Shown here piece after piece: positions 25,976 through 35,981 of a stretch of DNA of 64,000 nt (position 1 is the stretch's first letter; each line of letters starts with the position of its first letter). Position numbers and translations under genes: made by a program. Below the pieces are notes generated by a model. That model did not search any database. It was not told where the DNA came from and saw only the letters and a program-made list of their open reading frames with translations. The stretch covers positions 1-64,000 of IMG/VR virus record IMGVR_UViG_3300048592_000616. One strand, written 5' to 3'. The DNA is from a virus.

Positions 25976-27364
25976 ATGGCAGGATACAACGGACACGGCG
26001 CGGCGACGGCCGCTATGCCGGTCATTGAAGACAAACTCCCCCCGCACAACCTCGACGCCGAGGCGGCCGTGCTGGGATCGATCCTGATCGACCCCGACTG
26101 CCTGCTGGAGCTGACCCCCTTCTTGCGGCCGGAGGACTTTTACCGGATGGCCCACCGCTGGGTGTATGAGGCCCTGGTGGCGATGGCCGAGCGTGGCGAG
26201 CCGGTGGACTTTCTGACGATCGCATCAGAGATGACCCGGCGTGGGCAGTTGGCGGAGATCGGCGGTGAACCGGCGCTGATCCAGATGATCAACGAGGTGC
26301 CCACGTCGGTCAATGCCGAGCACTACGGCCGTCTGGTGGCCGATGCCGGGCAGCGTCGCCGGATGATCGACGCCGCCGGGCGCGTGGCCAAGCTGGCCTA
26401 CGACGAAGACCTGCCGGTGGATGAGATGGTGTCGCGGGCCGAGGCGGCCGTCTTCGCCGCTTCGGCCGGGCTGGCCTATGAGACGGTCCAGACGGCCGCT
26501 ATGGCGATGGGCCATCTGTACGATGTGACGATGGAGCGTCACGCCAACCCCGACCGCCTGGTGGGCCTGCCGACCGGGCTGCTCGACCTGGACCGGATAT
26601 TAGGCGGGTTCAAGCGGTCGGACATGATCACCCTGGCGGCGCGGCCGGGCATGGGCAAGACCGCGCTGGCGCTGGGGACGGCGCTGCACACCGCCCACCG
26701 GCTGGGCAAGCGCGTGGCGCTGTTTAACCTGGAGATGTCGGCCGAACAACTGACGCGGCGGTTGGTGGCGATGGAGGCTGACCTGCCGTATGGCGACATC
26801 GAGAAGGGGCATCTGGGACCGGCCGAGATGGAGCGGTTCACGCGGGCCGTCGGCGAGCTGTCACGGGACCGGCTGTGGATCGACGCCACGTCGGGGCTGT
26901 CGCTGCCGCAGATCGCCTCGCGTTGCCGCCGCCTGTACGCCGAGTACGGACTGGACCTGATCATCATCGACTACATCGGCCTGATCCAGACCGCGACCGG
27001 CGAAAAGTTCTTCTCGTCCAACGACCGCATCTCAGCCATCTCCCAGGGAGTCAAGCGGCTGGCGAGCGAGTTGGATACCCCGGTGCTGGCCCTGTCGCAG
27101 CTCAACCGCGGGGTGGAGGCGCGCAGTGACAAGCGGCCGATGCTGGCCGACCTGCGCGACAGTGGCGCTATCGAGCAGGACAGTGACGTCGTGATCTTCA
27201 TCTACCGCGACGACTACTACAACCCGGAGACCAGCGACCGGCCGAACGTGGCCGAGATCATCGTCGCCAAGCACCGCAACGGCCAGACCGGCGACGCCGA
27301 AGCGTTCTGGCACGCCCCGCGCGCCGCGTTTAAGAACCTGGAAAAGCGCGGCATCACGCTGTGA
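25976..27364 (+). CDS. dnaB: Replicative DNA helicase
   Basis: PHNLDAEAAVLG, ARPGMGKT, LEMS, IIDY, LSQLNR, DLRDSGAIEQD, AKHRNG. Confidence 0.97.
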   Translation: MAGYNGHGAATAAMPVIEDKLPPHNLDAEAAVLGSILIDPDCLLELTPFLRPEDFYRMAHRWVYEALVAMAERGEPVDFLTIASEMTRRGQLAEIGGEPALIQMINEVPTSVNAEHYGRLVADAGQRRRMIDAAGRVAKLAYDEDLPVDEMVSRAEAAVFAASAGLAYETVQTAAMAMGHLYDVTMERHANPDRLVGLPTGLLDLDRILGGFKRSDMITLAARPGMGKTALALGTALHTAHRLGKRVALFNLEMSAEQLTRRLVAMEADLPYGDIEKGHLGPAEMERFTRAVGELSRDRLWIDATSGLSLPQIASRCRRLYAEYGLDLIIIDYIGLIQTATGEKFFSSNDRISAISQGVKRLASELDTPVLALSQLNRGVEARSDKRPMLADLRDSGAIEQDSDVVIFIYRDDYYNPETSDRPNVAEIIVAKHRNGQTGDAEAFWHAPRAAFKNLEKRGITL

Positions 27365-27419
27365 TCGCGGATTGGGGATTGACGGCCAGTTTACATGTGT
27401 GGTATGATACGGTAACACT

Positions 27420-27686
27420 ATGACGACAGCCAAGCAGCTCCCTACTCGCGAATCCACGCCGACCGGCCGGTATCTGAAGGCCCAGCGGATGGTGTTGATC
27501 CAGATCGACGCCCTGCGCGACGACGTGCGCCGGACGTTCCCGTGGGACCCGCAGGCGGTCGGGTATAGCGAGGCGTACACCGCCAAGCTGGGCGCGTCGT
27601 TGGAGCGGCTGGAAGCGCAGATCGCCGAGATGCGCATGAAGCTGATGGCATTTGAGAATTCACAACACGACGGAGGCAAGCAGTGA
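27420..27686 (+). CDS. Hypothetical protein, possibly leaderless
   Basis: TTGACG...TGgTATGAT promoter immediately upstream. Confidence 0.55.
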   Translation: MTTAKQLPTRESTPTGRYLKAQRMVLIQIDALRDDVRRTFPWDPQAVGYSEAYTAKLGASLERLEAQIAEMRMKLMAFENSQHDGGKQ

Positions 27687-28900
27687 GTACATTTTTGTTG
27701 GACCAGTTAGCCGAGAGAGCGGCCGCTGAGGCAGCCGCGGCCCACGAGGCACTTCTGGCGGAACGCGCGGCCAAGCGCGAGGCGGCGGCCGAGCACATCG
27801 ACACGTTGATCCCTGATGAGGTTCTCGCCGGGCTGGAGATCGAGGAGGACGGTACGTACTGGCGCTCGGATCGCGGCGGGGCGCAGACGGCCGACCTTGA
27901 CAAGCTGGTGTTGCGGCTGCGGCCGAACACCTGGCGCAAGGAGATCGGCGAGTTGCCGTGGCTGTACCTGTGGGCGACGGAGGACGGCGGCGAGTCACCG
28001 AGCGTGTATCTGTCCAACGTGCAGCCCGGCGACCGTTACAGCGCCAAGCGACTGCGGCTGACCAATGCCGACCAGTGGGCCAACGACGCCGACCTGGCCG
28101 ACATCGTGGCGGCCGTGTACGCAGTGTACAACGACAGGGTGGCCCGGCACGACGCCCAGGCCGAGAAGGAGCGTCAGCAGGCCATCGCCAGCGCCCGGCG
28201 CACGCTCGAGACCAAAGCCACGTGGGATTGGCGCGGGGTACGGTACGACGCCTTGAAAGGGCTGAACCGGCTGAAGGAAGTGGACCCGGACCGGGCGGCC
28301 GAATATGATGCCGACTATGCCGCGTTCATCGAGTGGGCGGACAAGGCGCAGGCCGAGGAAGAAGCCGAAGCGGCCAAAAAGCGCGCCGCCTGGGACGTGT
28401 ACAAAGAGGCGTATGCCAAGTGGGACGCGGAAAAGACCGCGGTGCTCGATGAGTACGCCCGGGCGCTGCAAGCGGTGGCCGAGAAGTACAACCGGGAGTA
28501 CAAGGTGTGGACGCTGGAGTACGGCGTGGTCGCGACCGACGATGACCTCGAAGAATTCATCACCACGGACAAAGTCAGAGTGACCGACGCCGAGGGCGCG
28601 CCCCTGACGGCCGACACGGTGTGGCATGTTCTTCACTACGGCACGATCTTGGATCGTCGCTTCGCGCACCCGGTCAGTCTGGATGGCCCCGAAATTCGCC
28701 AGAGCCGCGACGGCTACCATCCGACAGTTGACATCTCGCCGTTGTCTTGGGTTCGGGTCTCGGTCTTGCCGACTGATGAGGCGGCCGCCTCAGCGGATAT
28801 CCAGGACATCCCGCGCCCGGACGTGTCGCCGGAGCCGGTGAACCCGGACGGCCAGACGCAAAGCGAACTCGACTACAGCATGGCAGCGAACCGCTATTAG
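27683..28900 (+). CDS. Hypothetical coiled-coil protein
   Basis: 405-aa ORF with GGAGG RBS. Confidence 0.75.
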   Translation: MSTFLLDQLAERAAAEAAAAHEALLAERAAKREAAAEHIDTLIPDEVLAGLEIEEDGTYWRSDRGGAQTADLDKLVLRLRPNTWRKEIGELPWLYLWATEDGGESPSVYLSNVQPGDRYSAKRLRLTNADQWANDADLADIVAAVYAVYNDRVARHDAQAEKERQQAIASARRTLETKATWDWRGVRYDALKGLNRLKEVDPDRAAEYDADYAAFIEWADKAQAEEEAEAAKKRAAWDVYKEAYAKWDAEKTAVLDEYARALQAVAEKYNREYKVWTLEYGVVATDDDLEEFITTDKVRVTDAEGAPLTADTVWHVLHYGTILDRRFAHPVSLDGPEIRQSRDGYHPTVDISPLSWVRVSVLPTDEAAASADIQDIPRPDVSPEPVNPDGQTQSELDYSMAANRY

Positions 28901-28986
28901 GCATCGGCCCAACGCGCAAGCCAAGGAAGCCGCCGACTCCAGCGGCTTCCTTGGCCCCACAAACCAACGACGGAGGTTAACCCATC

Positions 28987-29172
28987 ATGTTCCAGATCAC
29001 TCACACCATCACCGTGACATTCGCCCGGCGAACCGGCCGGGGCAAGTCGGTCTATGTCTTTGACGGCCGCGGCGCGCAGGCGACCTACGGCATGAGCCGC
29101 GACGTGCGGCGTCGCTACGCCCTGAACTGCCACGGCGGCCGCGGCCCGGTGTTCACGTTTCGCTACTATTGA
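28987..29172 (+). CDS. Small basic hypothetical protein
   Basis: GGAGG RBS. Confidence 0.55.
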   Translation: MFQITHTITVTFARRTGRGKSVYVFDGRGAQATYGMSRDVRRRYALNCHGGRGPVFTFRYY

Positions 29173-29261
29173 TCGTTGACAACCGGCCTGTTTTTATGGC
29201 ACTATGTAGGAACCAACCGCAACGAACGACAACCCAAATTCACCCAGGAGGTTAGCATGTC

Positions 29262-29513
29262 ATGTCCGCGCAATCACTATTCATTCTGAGGATCAACAAG
29301 TCCACGGGACTCGGCACGGCCGTGTGCCTCGACGGCCCCAAGTACACCCTGTCCTTCCCGGCCGCCCTGGCGCTGCTGGGCCATCTCCGCGACGAAGCAG
29401 CCATCCGTTGCAGCCTGTTCACCGACACGGACGAAACCTTCGTGATCGAGCAGCTCAACAACTACGGCGGCCTGCTGGAAGATGCGTCAGCCATGATCGA
29501 GGTGGGGCAATGA
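29262..29513 (+). CDS. Hypothetical protein
   Basis: AGGAGG RBS; TTGACA promoter upstream. Confidence 0.55.
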   Translation: MSAQSLFILRINKSTGLGTAVCLDGPKYTLSFPAALALLGHLRDEAAIRCSLFTDTDETFVIEQLNNYGGLLEDASAMIEVGQ

Positions 29514-29695
29514 CCACTTCAACCGCCAAGCAAGCCCTGTTGGAGGCCGTGGCCGAGGCGATCCAGAACGCTTTGACGGCCGTCGAGCTGCAGGAGATCA
29601 TGGACGGCCCGGTGTGGTACGGCGACGCCATTCGCCACTCGCTGGAGTCGGTCGAGGCGGCCGTGGCCGCCTATGTGGAGGCCGCCCATGCCTAA
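29510..29695 (+). CDS. Hypothetical protein
   Basis: ATGA coupling. Confidence 0.55.
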   Translation: MTTSTAKQALLEAVAEAIQNALTAVELQEIMDGPVWYGDAIRHSLESVEAAVAAYVEAAHA

Positions 29696-30011
29696 CCACG
29701 AGCTGCACACCGGTTTGCTGTTCCTGGCCGAGGATAAGGCCACACCGACGGCCGCGGACAAGGCGCGGGCGGCCTGCGTGGCGTTTGTCGCCAAGTACGG
29801 CACGCAACCGGCGCTGGTCCAGATGCACCCGGCGCAAGCGGCCGAGATCGCCGACGGCTCCGTTTTTTTGGAAAGCGCGGTTCCTGACGGTTGCAACGTG
29901 CCGGTCGAAGGATCGCCCCGCGTGGCCTATCGGGACTATGTGCTGGTCATCGGCCCGGTGCCGGGCAAGACCCAGATCGACTATCAAAACACACATGGGG
30001 AGGTTCGCTGA
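29688..30011 (+). CDS. Hypothetical protein
   Basis: GGAGG RBS; coupled. Confidence 0.55.
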   Translation: MPNHELHTGLLFLAEDKATPTAADKARAACVAFVAKYGTQPALVQMHPAQAAEIADGSVFLESAVPDGCNVPVEGSPRVAYRDYVLVIGPVPGKTQIDYQNTHGEVR

Positions 30012-30736
30012 TGCAAACAGTGATGATCGACGGCCGCGGTGTGCGGCACTACATCGAGAACGGCCGGGCGCTGTGCGGCAAGATCGCCGACCACCTGGCC
30101 GAGTGCAACCCGGAGCGCTACGGCCGTCTGTGCGAGGCGTGCGCCGCCGTCATCGACGACGGGGGCAACGCGGCCGACTACGACTACGGCCGTGTGCCGA
30201 GCCGCAACGGCAACGGCCGCGTCTGGGTCGGCGGCAACGTGGCTAACGCCAAGGTGAGGCTGGCAGACAACGACCCGACGCAGAACTTCCGCACAGTGTA
30301 CGCGCGCGAGGCTCGCGATCTGATGCCCCACCTGGAGCACCCGGAGACGGGGCATCGCTACACGTTTTGCAGTCGTCCGGCCGGGGATGAGGCCAACGCC
30401 GCCCTTGGCATTTACTGCGACATCTGCCTCGCCAAGGCGGCCGCGTACTGGCAGACCCTGACGCCGTTTGACGAGATCGAGGCGGGGAGCATCGTGCGCT
30501 GGAACGGAAGCGTTAAGGGCTTCGTCTCGCACCGCGACGGCGAGGTCTTTTTGACCACCGACGCGGGCGTTGAGAAGCGGATAGCGTCGCCGGTGGCCGA
30601 GCGTGCGGCGCTGCTGCTGGGCCCCGAAGTCGTCGATGCTATCGCCCTGCGCGCTCTGGCCGATGCGCCGCAGATGGTCAACCGGTTGCTGGTGGAGATG
30701 GGCCACTCGGCGGCCGTTCCCGTGGAGGCCGAGTGA
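30011..30736 (+). CDS. Hypothetical protein with Cys/His motifs
   Basis: TGATG coupling; ALCG...CEAC, FCS...CDIC. Confidence 0.6.
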   Translation: MQTVMIDGRGVRHYIENGRALCGKIADHLAECNPERYGRLCEACAAVIDDGGNAADYDYGRVPSRNGNGRVWVGGNVANAKVRLADNDPTQNFRTVYAREARDLMPHLEHPETGHRYTFCSRPAGDEANAALGIYCDICLAKAAAYWQTLTPFDEIEAGSIVRWNGSVKGFVSHRDGEVFLTTDAGVEKRIASPVAERAALLLGPEVVDAIALRALADAPQMVNRLLVEMGHSAAVPVEAE

Positions 30737-30966
30737 TGGCCGCGCCCACCAACTACCAGCTTCTGTGGGCGGCCACGAATGCCGTGACCGCCCTGCGCCA
30801 CACGGACCCCAAGACGGCCGCGTTCGGGGCGGCCGTGGATGCGGCGCAGACCGCGGTTCGCGAGATGGACGACTTCGCGGCCGAAGATGACAACGAGTAC
30901 CTGCGGGTGACGGCCTATCGGCTGCGCAAGGTCATCGACGAGATCGCCCAGGGGGTGACCGCGTGA
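30736..30966 (+). CDS. Hypothetical protein
   Basis: Coupled ORF with GGAGG RBS. Confidence 0.55.
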   Translation: MAAPTNYQLLWAATNAVTALRHTDPKTAAFGAAVDAAQTAVREMDDFAAEDDNEYLRVTAYRLRKVIDEIAQGVTA

Positions 30967-31793
30967 AGCGGCTCCCCACGGCCGGACAAGGCACCATCTG
31001 GCACGGCGACTGTCTGGACCTGCTGCGCCATGTGCCGGGCGGCAGCGTCTCGTTGATTTGCACCAGCCCGCCGTATCCTAAGATGAAGGGCTTCGACCTT
31101 GACGGGGAGCAGTGGCTGGATTGGTTCGTCGGCTGGGCCGACACGGCCGTCGCCGCGATGAAGCCCAACGGGGTCTTTGTGCTGAACATTTGGTTCGGCC
31201 GGGAAGACGACGGCTTCGCCGGGTCAGGGATGTTCGAGATTCCGCGCCTGGCCGAGTCGTTGGGGTTGCGCTTGCTGGACACCTACATTTATGCCAAGCC
31301 CAACCCGGCTCCGAACGGGCCATTGACTTACTGCGACCCGCCGGGGTGGGAACCGATCTGGGTGTTCACCAATGCCCGCGATCCGCGCGACGTGACGTTC
31401 AACCCTTACCGCAAGGCATATGCGGCCAAGTCGCTGCGGGCCAACGGTGCGGTGTATACGACGCGTTCCCAGTCGGCCGATGCCCATCCGAAGGGCGCGC
31501 GGCAGACAACGCTAATGACCATGAGCAAGAGCGCCGACCAGAACCGGCCGAAGGCCAAGGGTATCAGCTTCCCGCGCGATCTGCCGCGCCGGTTCATCGG
31601 CCAGTATACAAACCCCGGTGAGTTGGTTCTGGACCCGTTTGCCGGAGTAGGGACCACCGTGCGCGTCGCGGTAGAGATGGGGCGCGCCGGTCTGGGTATT
31701 GAGATCGACGAAGACGAGGCGGCCAAGGCCCGCGAGTGGATCGCGGAGCCAATGCAGGGTTCGTTGCTGAAGAAGGTACCTGATGTTCATTGA
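30963..31793 (+). CDS. DNA N4-cytosine/N6-adenine methyltransferase (beta class)
   Basis: GDC, TSPPY, VLDPFAGVGTT, GIEID. Confidence 0.9.
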   Translation: MKRLPTAGQGTIWHGDCLDLLRHVPGGSVSLICTSPPYPKMKGFDLDGEQWLDWFVGWADTAVAAMKPNGVFVLNIWFGREDDGFAGSGMFEIPRLAESLGLRLLDTYIYAKPNPAPNGPLTYCDPPGWEPIWVFTNARDPRDVTFNPYRKAYAAKSLRANGAVYTTRSQSADAHPKGARQTTLMTMSKSADQNRPKAKGISFPRDLPRRFIGQYTNPGELVLDPFAGVGTTVRVAVEMGRAGLGIEIDEDEAAKAREWIAEPMQGSLLKKVPDVH

Positions 31794-32892
31794 CGACGCC
31801 GAACTGGAACGGGAGTATCACCCGGCCGCCCAGCTACTCCCGATGATGGAAGGTGATGATTACGCCGCTTTCCGCGACGATATCAACGCCCACGGCCTGT
31901 TGGAACCGATCTGGCTTTCCGAGGACGGCCGTATCCTAGACGGCCGCAACCGGCATCGCGCTTGCCTCGACCTGGGCATCGCGCCCGTCTTCCGCACATA
32001 CACCGGCGACAGTCCGACGGCCTTTGCCCTCAGCCTCAACGCGCACCGGCGACACCTGACGGCCAGCCAACGCGCAGTGCTGGCTGTCGCGGCCCTGCCG
32101 GGGCTGGAGGCTGACGCGAAGGCACGCCAATCCCACGGCCGTACCGCGCCCGGCCGAACGCTCCCGGCAATCTTGCCGGAAGCGTTCCCTGACGGCGGCG
32201 AGGCCCGCGAGCAGGCAGCGGCCATAGTGGGGGCAAGCGCTCGCTATGTCAGCGACGCCAAGCGCCTGGCGGCAGAAGCGCCGGACCTGCTGGAAAGCGT
32301 GCGCGTTGGGGGCATGACGATCCCCCAGGCCAAGCGCGAACTGGTGGCCCGCGAACGCCGCGACGCCCCGCCGCTGCCGACGGACAAGTACCGCGTTCTC
32401 TACGCCGACCCGCCCTGGAGCTATGGCAACAGCGGCATCATTGGCGACACCGACCATTACGGGCGCGTCGGCCGTCATTACCCGTCGATGACCATCGCGG
32501 AGCTGTGCGCCCTGCCGATCCGCGACATGGTCGAAGACAACGCGGTACTCTTTATGTGGGTGACGTCGCCGCTCCTGGCCGAGTGCTTTGAGGTCATCCG
32601 CGCCTGGGGCTTCACCTACAAGACCTCGTTCGTCTGGGACAAGGTGCGGCACAACTTCGGCCACTACAACAGCGTCCGCCACGAGCTGCTGCTGGTGTGC
32701 ACCCGCGGCAGTTGCACGCCGGACGCCCCGACGCTCTACGACAGCGTCCAGACCATCGAGCGCTCCGACGTCCACAGTGAAAAGCCGGAGGCGTTCCGGG
32801 AGATCATCGACGCCCTGTATCCCCACGGCCGTCGCCTGGAGTTATTCGCCCGGCGCGACGCCGCGGGCTGGGAGACCTGGGGTAATGAGTAA
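31783..32892 (+). CDS. ParB-N domain fused to MT-A70 methyltransferase
   Basis: ILDGRNRHRAC, RRHLTASQRA; YADPPW, HSEKP, RLELFAR, WGNE. Confidence 0.9.
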   Translation: MFIDDAELEREYHPAAQLLPMMEGDDYAAFRDDINAHGLLEPIWLSEDGRILDGRNRHRACLDLGIAPVFRTYTGDSPTAFALSLNAHRRHLTASQRAVLAVAALPGLEADAKARQSHGRTAPGRTLPAILPEAFPDGGEAREQAAAIVGASARYVSDAKRLAAEAPDLLESVRVGGMTIPQAKRELVARERRDAPPLPTDKYRVLYADPPWSYGNSGIIGDTDHYGRVGRHYPSMTIAELCALPIRDMVEDNAVLFMWVTSPLLAECFEVIRAWGFTYKTSFVWDKVRHNFGHYNSVRHELLLVCTRGSCTPDAPTLYDSVQTIERSDVHSEKPEAFREIIDALYPHGRRLELFARRDAAGWETWGNE

Positions 32893-33367
32893 CGCACAGG
32901 CGCTGGCCGCCAGCCGCGCAGCCTACAACAACGGCTACTACGCCGACAAGCTCCAGCAGGGGCTGGAGTTTCAGGATGTCGTCACGGCCGCCCTGTACCA
33001 GCGCGGGATCGTCGTCGTGGGCTATGCCAGCCGCCGCTACCAGCGCGAGAAGGGCGAGAACATGCTGGGGGCGGAGATCAAGCGCGACGGTCGCTTTCGG
33101 GAGACCGGCAACCTGTACTTCGAGACGGCCGAGAAGTCACACCCCGACAACCCGCGCTATGTGCCGTCCGGCTGCTACCGCGAGGACAACTCGTGGTTGT
33201 ACGTGATCGGCGACGAGCGGACGGTCTACATCTTCCCGACCGCCTACCTGGTCAAGCTGCTGCCGCGCTACAAGTCGGTCAAGACCCCGACCTCGCTGGG
33301 GCACCTGATGCCCATTGAGGAGGCCGAGAAATACTGCATCCGGCGCATTGACCTGGACGCCGACTGA
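32885..33367 (+). CDS. Putative PD-(D/E)xK nuclease-like partner of MT-A70
   Basis: GLEFQD, EIKRD, TGNLYFE. Confidence 0.55.
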   Translation: MSNAQALAASRAAYNNGYYADKLQQGLEFQDVVTAALYQRGIVVVGYASRRYQREKGENMLGAEIKRDGRFRETGNLYFETAEKSHPDNPRYVPSGCYREDNSWLYVIGDERTVYIFPTAYLVKLLPRYKSVKTPTSLGHLMPIEEAEKYCIRRIDLDAD

Positions 33368-33383
33368 TGTTTTTGCCCCGGCC

Positions 33384-33399
33384 GGTTCCGAACGGTTGC
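33384..33399. promoter_or_regulatory. GGTTCC-N4-GGTTGC direct-repeat site
   Basis: Identical 16-mer to 44379-44394. Confidence 0.6.
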
Positions 33400-33464
33400 G
33401 GCCGGGGGTAGATGAAGCGAACGATGAACACAACGAACGAACATAGCCAACAAGGAGACATTCG

Positions 33465-33614
33465 ATGAACGTATCATGGATCGTAGCGGGCGTGGCCCTG
33501 GGGGCCATCCTATTTGTAACCCTGGGGGTCAGTGGGGCCGTGGCCGCGGCCGTGCTCATCGTGGGGATCGGCTTCGTCGCCGCCCAGGCGACGGGGGAGG
33601 GGGACCATGTTTGA
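33465..33614 (+). CDS. Small membrane protein (49 aa)
   Basis: AAGGAG RBS; MNVSWIVAGVALGAILF...; too short for the ORF track. Confidence 0.55.
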   Translation: MNVSWIVAGVALGAILFVTLGVSGAVAAAVLIVGIGFVAAQATGEGDHV

Positions 33615-33801
33615 GTTTCTATTCTTGGTCGCCAAGATCGGCGCGCTGGGCACGGCCGCGGCGTTCGTCGCCTCGTTCGCGCTCGACATTATCAACGGCG
33701 ACTGGGGCCGCCGCATGATGGAGGTGGTGCTGACGTTGGGCGCGCTGACGGCCGTGTGCGCGGCCGGGATGGTGTTGACGGTCGCACTGGAGGCCGGATG
33801 A
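33607..33801 (+). CDS. Small two-TM membrane protein
   Basis: GGAGG RBS; MFEFLFLV... Confidence 0.55.
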   Translation: MFEFLFLVAKIGALGTAAAFVASFALDIINGDWGRRMMEVVLTLGALTAVCAAGMVLTVALEAG

Positions 33802-34262
33802 ACGGTATAACCCCGGTCGCACCCCCGCCCCGGTTTGAATGGGACCTGATGTCGCCCTACGATGCGGCCGATGCCGCGTACTACCAGCGGTACATCGTCC
33901 CGATGGACGCGATGGGCAAGCCCCGGCCGCGCGTCACCTCGCGCGGGACGTACCACACCGACCGATACACTCGCTGGCGGGCTGAGTTCGAGCACCACTT
34001 TGGGCCGATGACCGTCGAGCCGCCGTGGGCGCTGCGCGCGGTGGTCGTGCGCCGAATGCCCAAGTCGTGGAGCAAGAAGAAGCGGGCCGAGATGGACGGC
34101 ACGCCCTGCCAGACCACACCCGACGCCGACAACGCGGCCGGGGCGATCATGGACGTGCTGTTCGGCCAGGACAACTCGGTCGTCTTCCTGGAGGTGATCA
34201 AATTGTGGGGCGAGGAAGCCTACATGGACGTTGAGGTCTGGCACGTCGGGGCGCACCATTGA
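33798..34262 (+). CDS. rusA: RusA family Holliday junction resolvase
   Basis: GKPRPR, PKSWSKKK, PDADN...DVL..QDNSV. Confidence 0.85.
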   Translation: MNGITPVAPPPRFEWDLMSPYDAADAAYYQRYIVPMDAMGKPRPRVTSRGTYHTDRYTRWRAEFEHHFGPMTVEPPWALRAVVVRRMPKSWSKKKRAEMDGTPCQTTPDADNAAGAIMDVLFGQDNSVVFLEVIKLWGEEAYMDVEVWHVGAHH

Positions 34263-34630
34263 ACACCTGGGGGGTCCTGAATCAACTGCGCCACGGCCGC
34301 ATTCAACAACGACCCATCGACGGCTTTCACTACACCGCCGCCAGCGGCACGGTCGTGCCGGATGAGAGCGTGTTCGCGGCCGTCGGCGCGGGATATGCGG
34401 ACATCAGTCCCGACCTGCGCTGGGTGTCCATGACCGTCGCCGGGGAGAACTACTGGCTGGAGAACGGCCCGGCCGACATGGTCGGCACCTGCGAGTGCCC
34501 GTGTCACGTCGAGCCGCGTGTGGCGCAGCTCTACCCGGTGGACATGCAACGCGCCGGATCGCGGTTGACCCTGGTATGCGGGGTGTGTCGCGTGGCGCTC
34601 AAAGAAGAGGAGCGCCGCCGTGTCCAGTAA
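34259..34630 (+). CDS. Hypothetical protein
   Basis: Coupled ORF; CECPCH...CGVC. Confidence 0.5.
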   Translation: MNTWGVLNQLRHGRIQQRPIDGFHYTAASGTVVPDESVFAAVGAGYADISPDLRWVSMTVAGENYWLENGPADMVGTCECPCHVEPRVAQLYPVDMQRAGSRLTLVCGVCRVALKEEERRRVQ

Positions 34631-34850
34631 GCGCCGGTTGCGCCGCCGCTCCTGCGAGGGCAAGAAGGCTTACGCGACGGCCGTCGAAGCCGAGGCGGCC
34701 GCCAAGCGACTGCGGGGCGCGTTCTGGACATCGCGCTATCGGTCATACAAGTGCCAGTTCTGCGGCCGGTGGCACGCCGGTCGCGCCTCGAACAAGGACT
34801 ACCAGGCTATGCGCGCCGACCAGGCCAACCGGGCCAAGCGCAACGGTTAG
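34620..34850 (+). CDS. Small Zn-binding phage protein
   Basis: CEGKKAY...YKCQFCGRWH. Confidence 0.65.
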   Translation: MSSKRRLRRRSCEGKKAYATAVEAEAAAKRLRGAFWTSRYRSYKCQFCGRWHAGRASNKDYQAMRADQANRAKRNG

Positions 34851-34859
34851 CAAGCCCTA

Positions 34860-35336
34860 TTGGCGACTGACAAGGAAGAAGGTAAAATGGATCGCGATAT
34901 GCAACCAACAGGAACCGCCGACAACAGCAGCGACGCGCCGAGGATGCACCGAACGACCGAGCGCGTGTGGCGCTACATCTGCAAGTTCGCCACGGCCTAT
35001 CACGGGCGAGTGCCGACGTTGCGGCGCATCGCCGCGGCCGTGGGGCTGGCGTCGACCAACACCGCACATGTTCACATGCAGAAGCTGGTCAAGTTGGGGT
35101 TGTTGGGGAAGGACGATGTGGGCTACTACATCGAGGGCGCGGTGGTGCTGTTGCCGCCGCCGCACGGTGGGGAGACATGGGCCGACATCGTGGAGACACA
35201 TCTGGACTGGGAAGACCTGGCTAACCGGCTCGAGGCGCTGGAGGCACGGGTCACGGCCGACGCCGAGGCGCGCCGCAAGGACGCCGAGATGCTCCCGTTC
35301 ATCACGGCCGCGACGCCGTTGCCGGGGGTGAACTGA
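34860..35336 (+). CDS. LexA-type DNA-binding domain protein lacking the peptidase domain
   Basis: RVWRYI...PTLRRIAAAVGLASTNTAHVHMQKLVKLGLL; true start probably 34887. Confidence 0.75.
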   Translation: MATDKEEGKMDRDMQPTGTADNSSDAPRMHRTTERVWRYICKFATAYHGRVPTLRRIAAAVGLASTNTAHVHMQKLVKLGLLGKDDVGYYIEGAVVLLPPPHGGETWADIVETHLDWEDLANRLEALEARVTADAEARRKDAEMLPFITAATPLPGVN

Positions 35337-35857
35337 TGTCCATTGACTGGAGGGTGCGGACGCTGGGCGAATACGTCGCCACAACCGGATACGACCGTTG
35401 CAAGACCTGCGGCCAGTGGGTCTATAACTCGGCGCGCCAGGTACACGACAAGAATTGTCAGATCGTCTTCGACGCCTGGGGCACGCCGGAGGAGATGTTG
35501 GCCCTGTGGCGCGCCGACCCGACGATAACCGTTGCCACGCTGATGGTCCCGATCCCCGGCGTCGCGCCGAGCTACATGGTCAGCCGCCTGCACTACGCGG
35601 GCATGGAGAGACACGAGCTGGCGAATCGGTACGGCGGGGCGTTCTACGTCAAGGGTCGCCCCCGGAAGAAGGCCAGGAAGAGGGACCCCAACACCTGCAA
35701 GCGGTGCGAGGTGTTGTTGTCAGTCACCGGCCGGGCCGACGGCCGCAAGGACTTGTGCCCGATGTGCGCCGAAGAGATCGGGACGTCGCGCTGGAAGGAA
35801 GCGCCCGCCAAGACCCGCGCCGGTAGGACAAAGCGTCAGGCGGAGACGGCCGGATGA
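35336..35857 (+). CDS. Zn-finger hypothetical protein
   Basis: CKTC, CKRC and CPMC. Confidence 0.6.
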   Translation: MSIDWRVRTLGEYVATTGYDRCKTCGQWVYNSARQVHDKNCQIVFDAWGTPEEMLALWRADPTITVATLMVPIPGVAPSYMVSRLHYAGMERHELANRYGGAFYVKGRPRKKARKRDPNTCKRCEVLLSVTGRADGRKDLCPMCAEEIGTSRWKEAPAKTRAGRTKRQAETAG

Positions 35858-35885
35858 CCAACGACGGGCAGCGGGGTGACTTTGT

Positions 35886-35912
35886 AGCACAAATGTTCGG
35901 CAGTGCTATAAT
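35886..35912 (+). promoter_or_regulatory. LexA-box-like site with extended -10
   Basis: AGCAC-aaat-GTTCG, then TGcTATAAT. Confidence 0.55.
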
Positions 35913-35934
35913 GGGCCTACCTCCTGTGGATGTA

Positions 35935-35981
35935 TGGGGCGGCCGTTCTCTTCCCTCCGTGACGGCCGCCCCGTCTTTTTT
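35935..35981 (+). terminator. Intrinsic terminator
   Basis: ggggcggccgt...acggccgcccc-gtctttttt. Confidence 0.75.

Noticed and set aside
33465-33801. Small membrane ORFs as holin
   Set aside because: They lie far from the endolysin and have no diagnostic motif, so the function cannot be supported.
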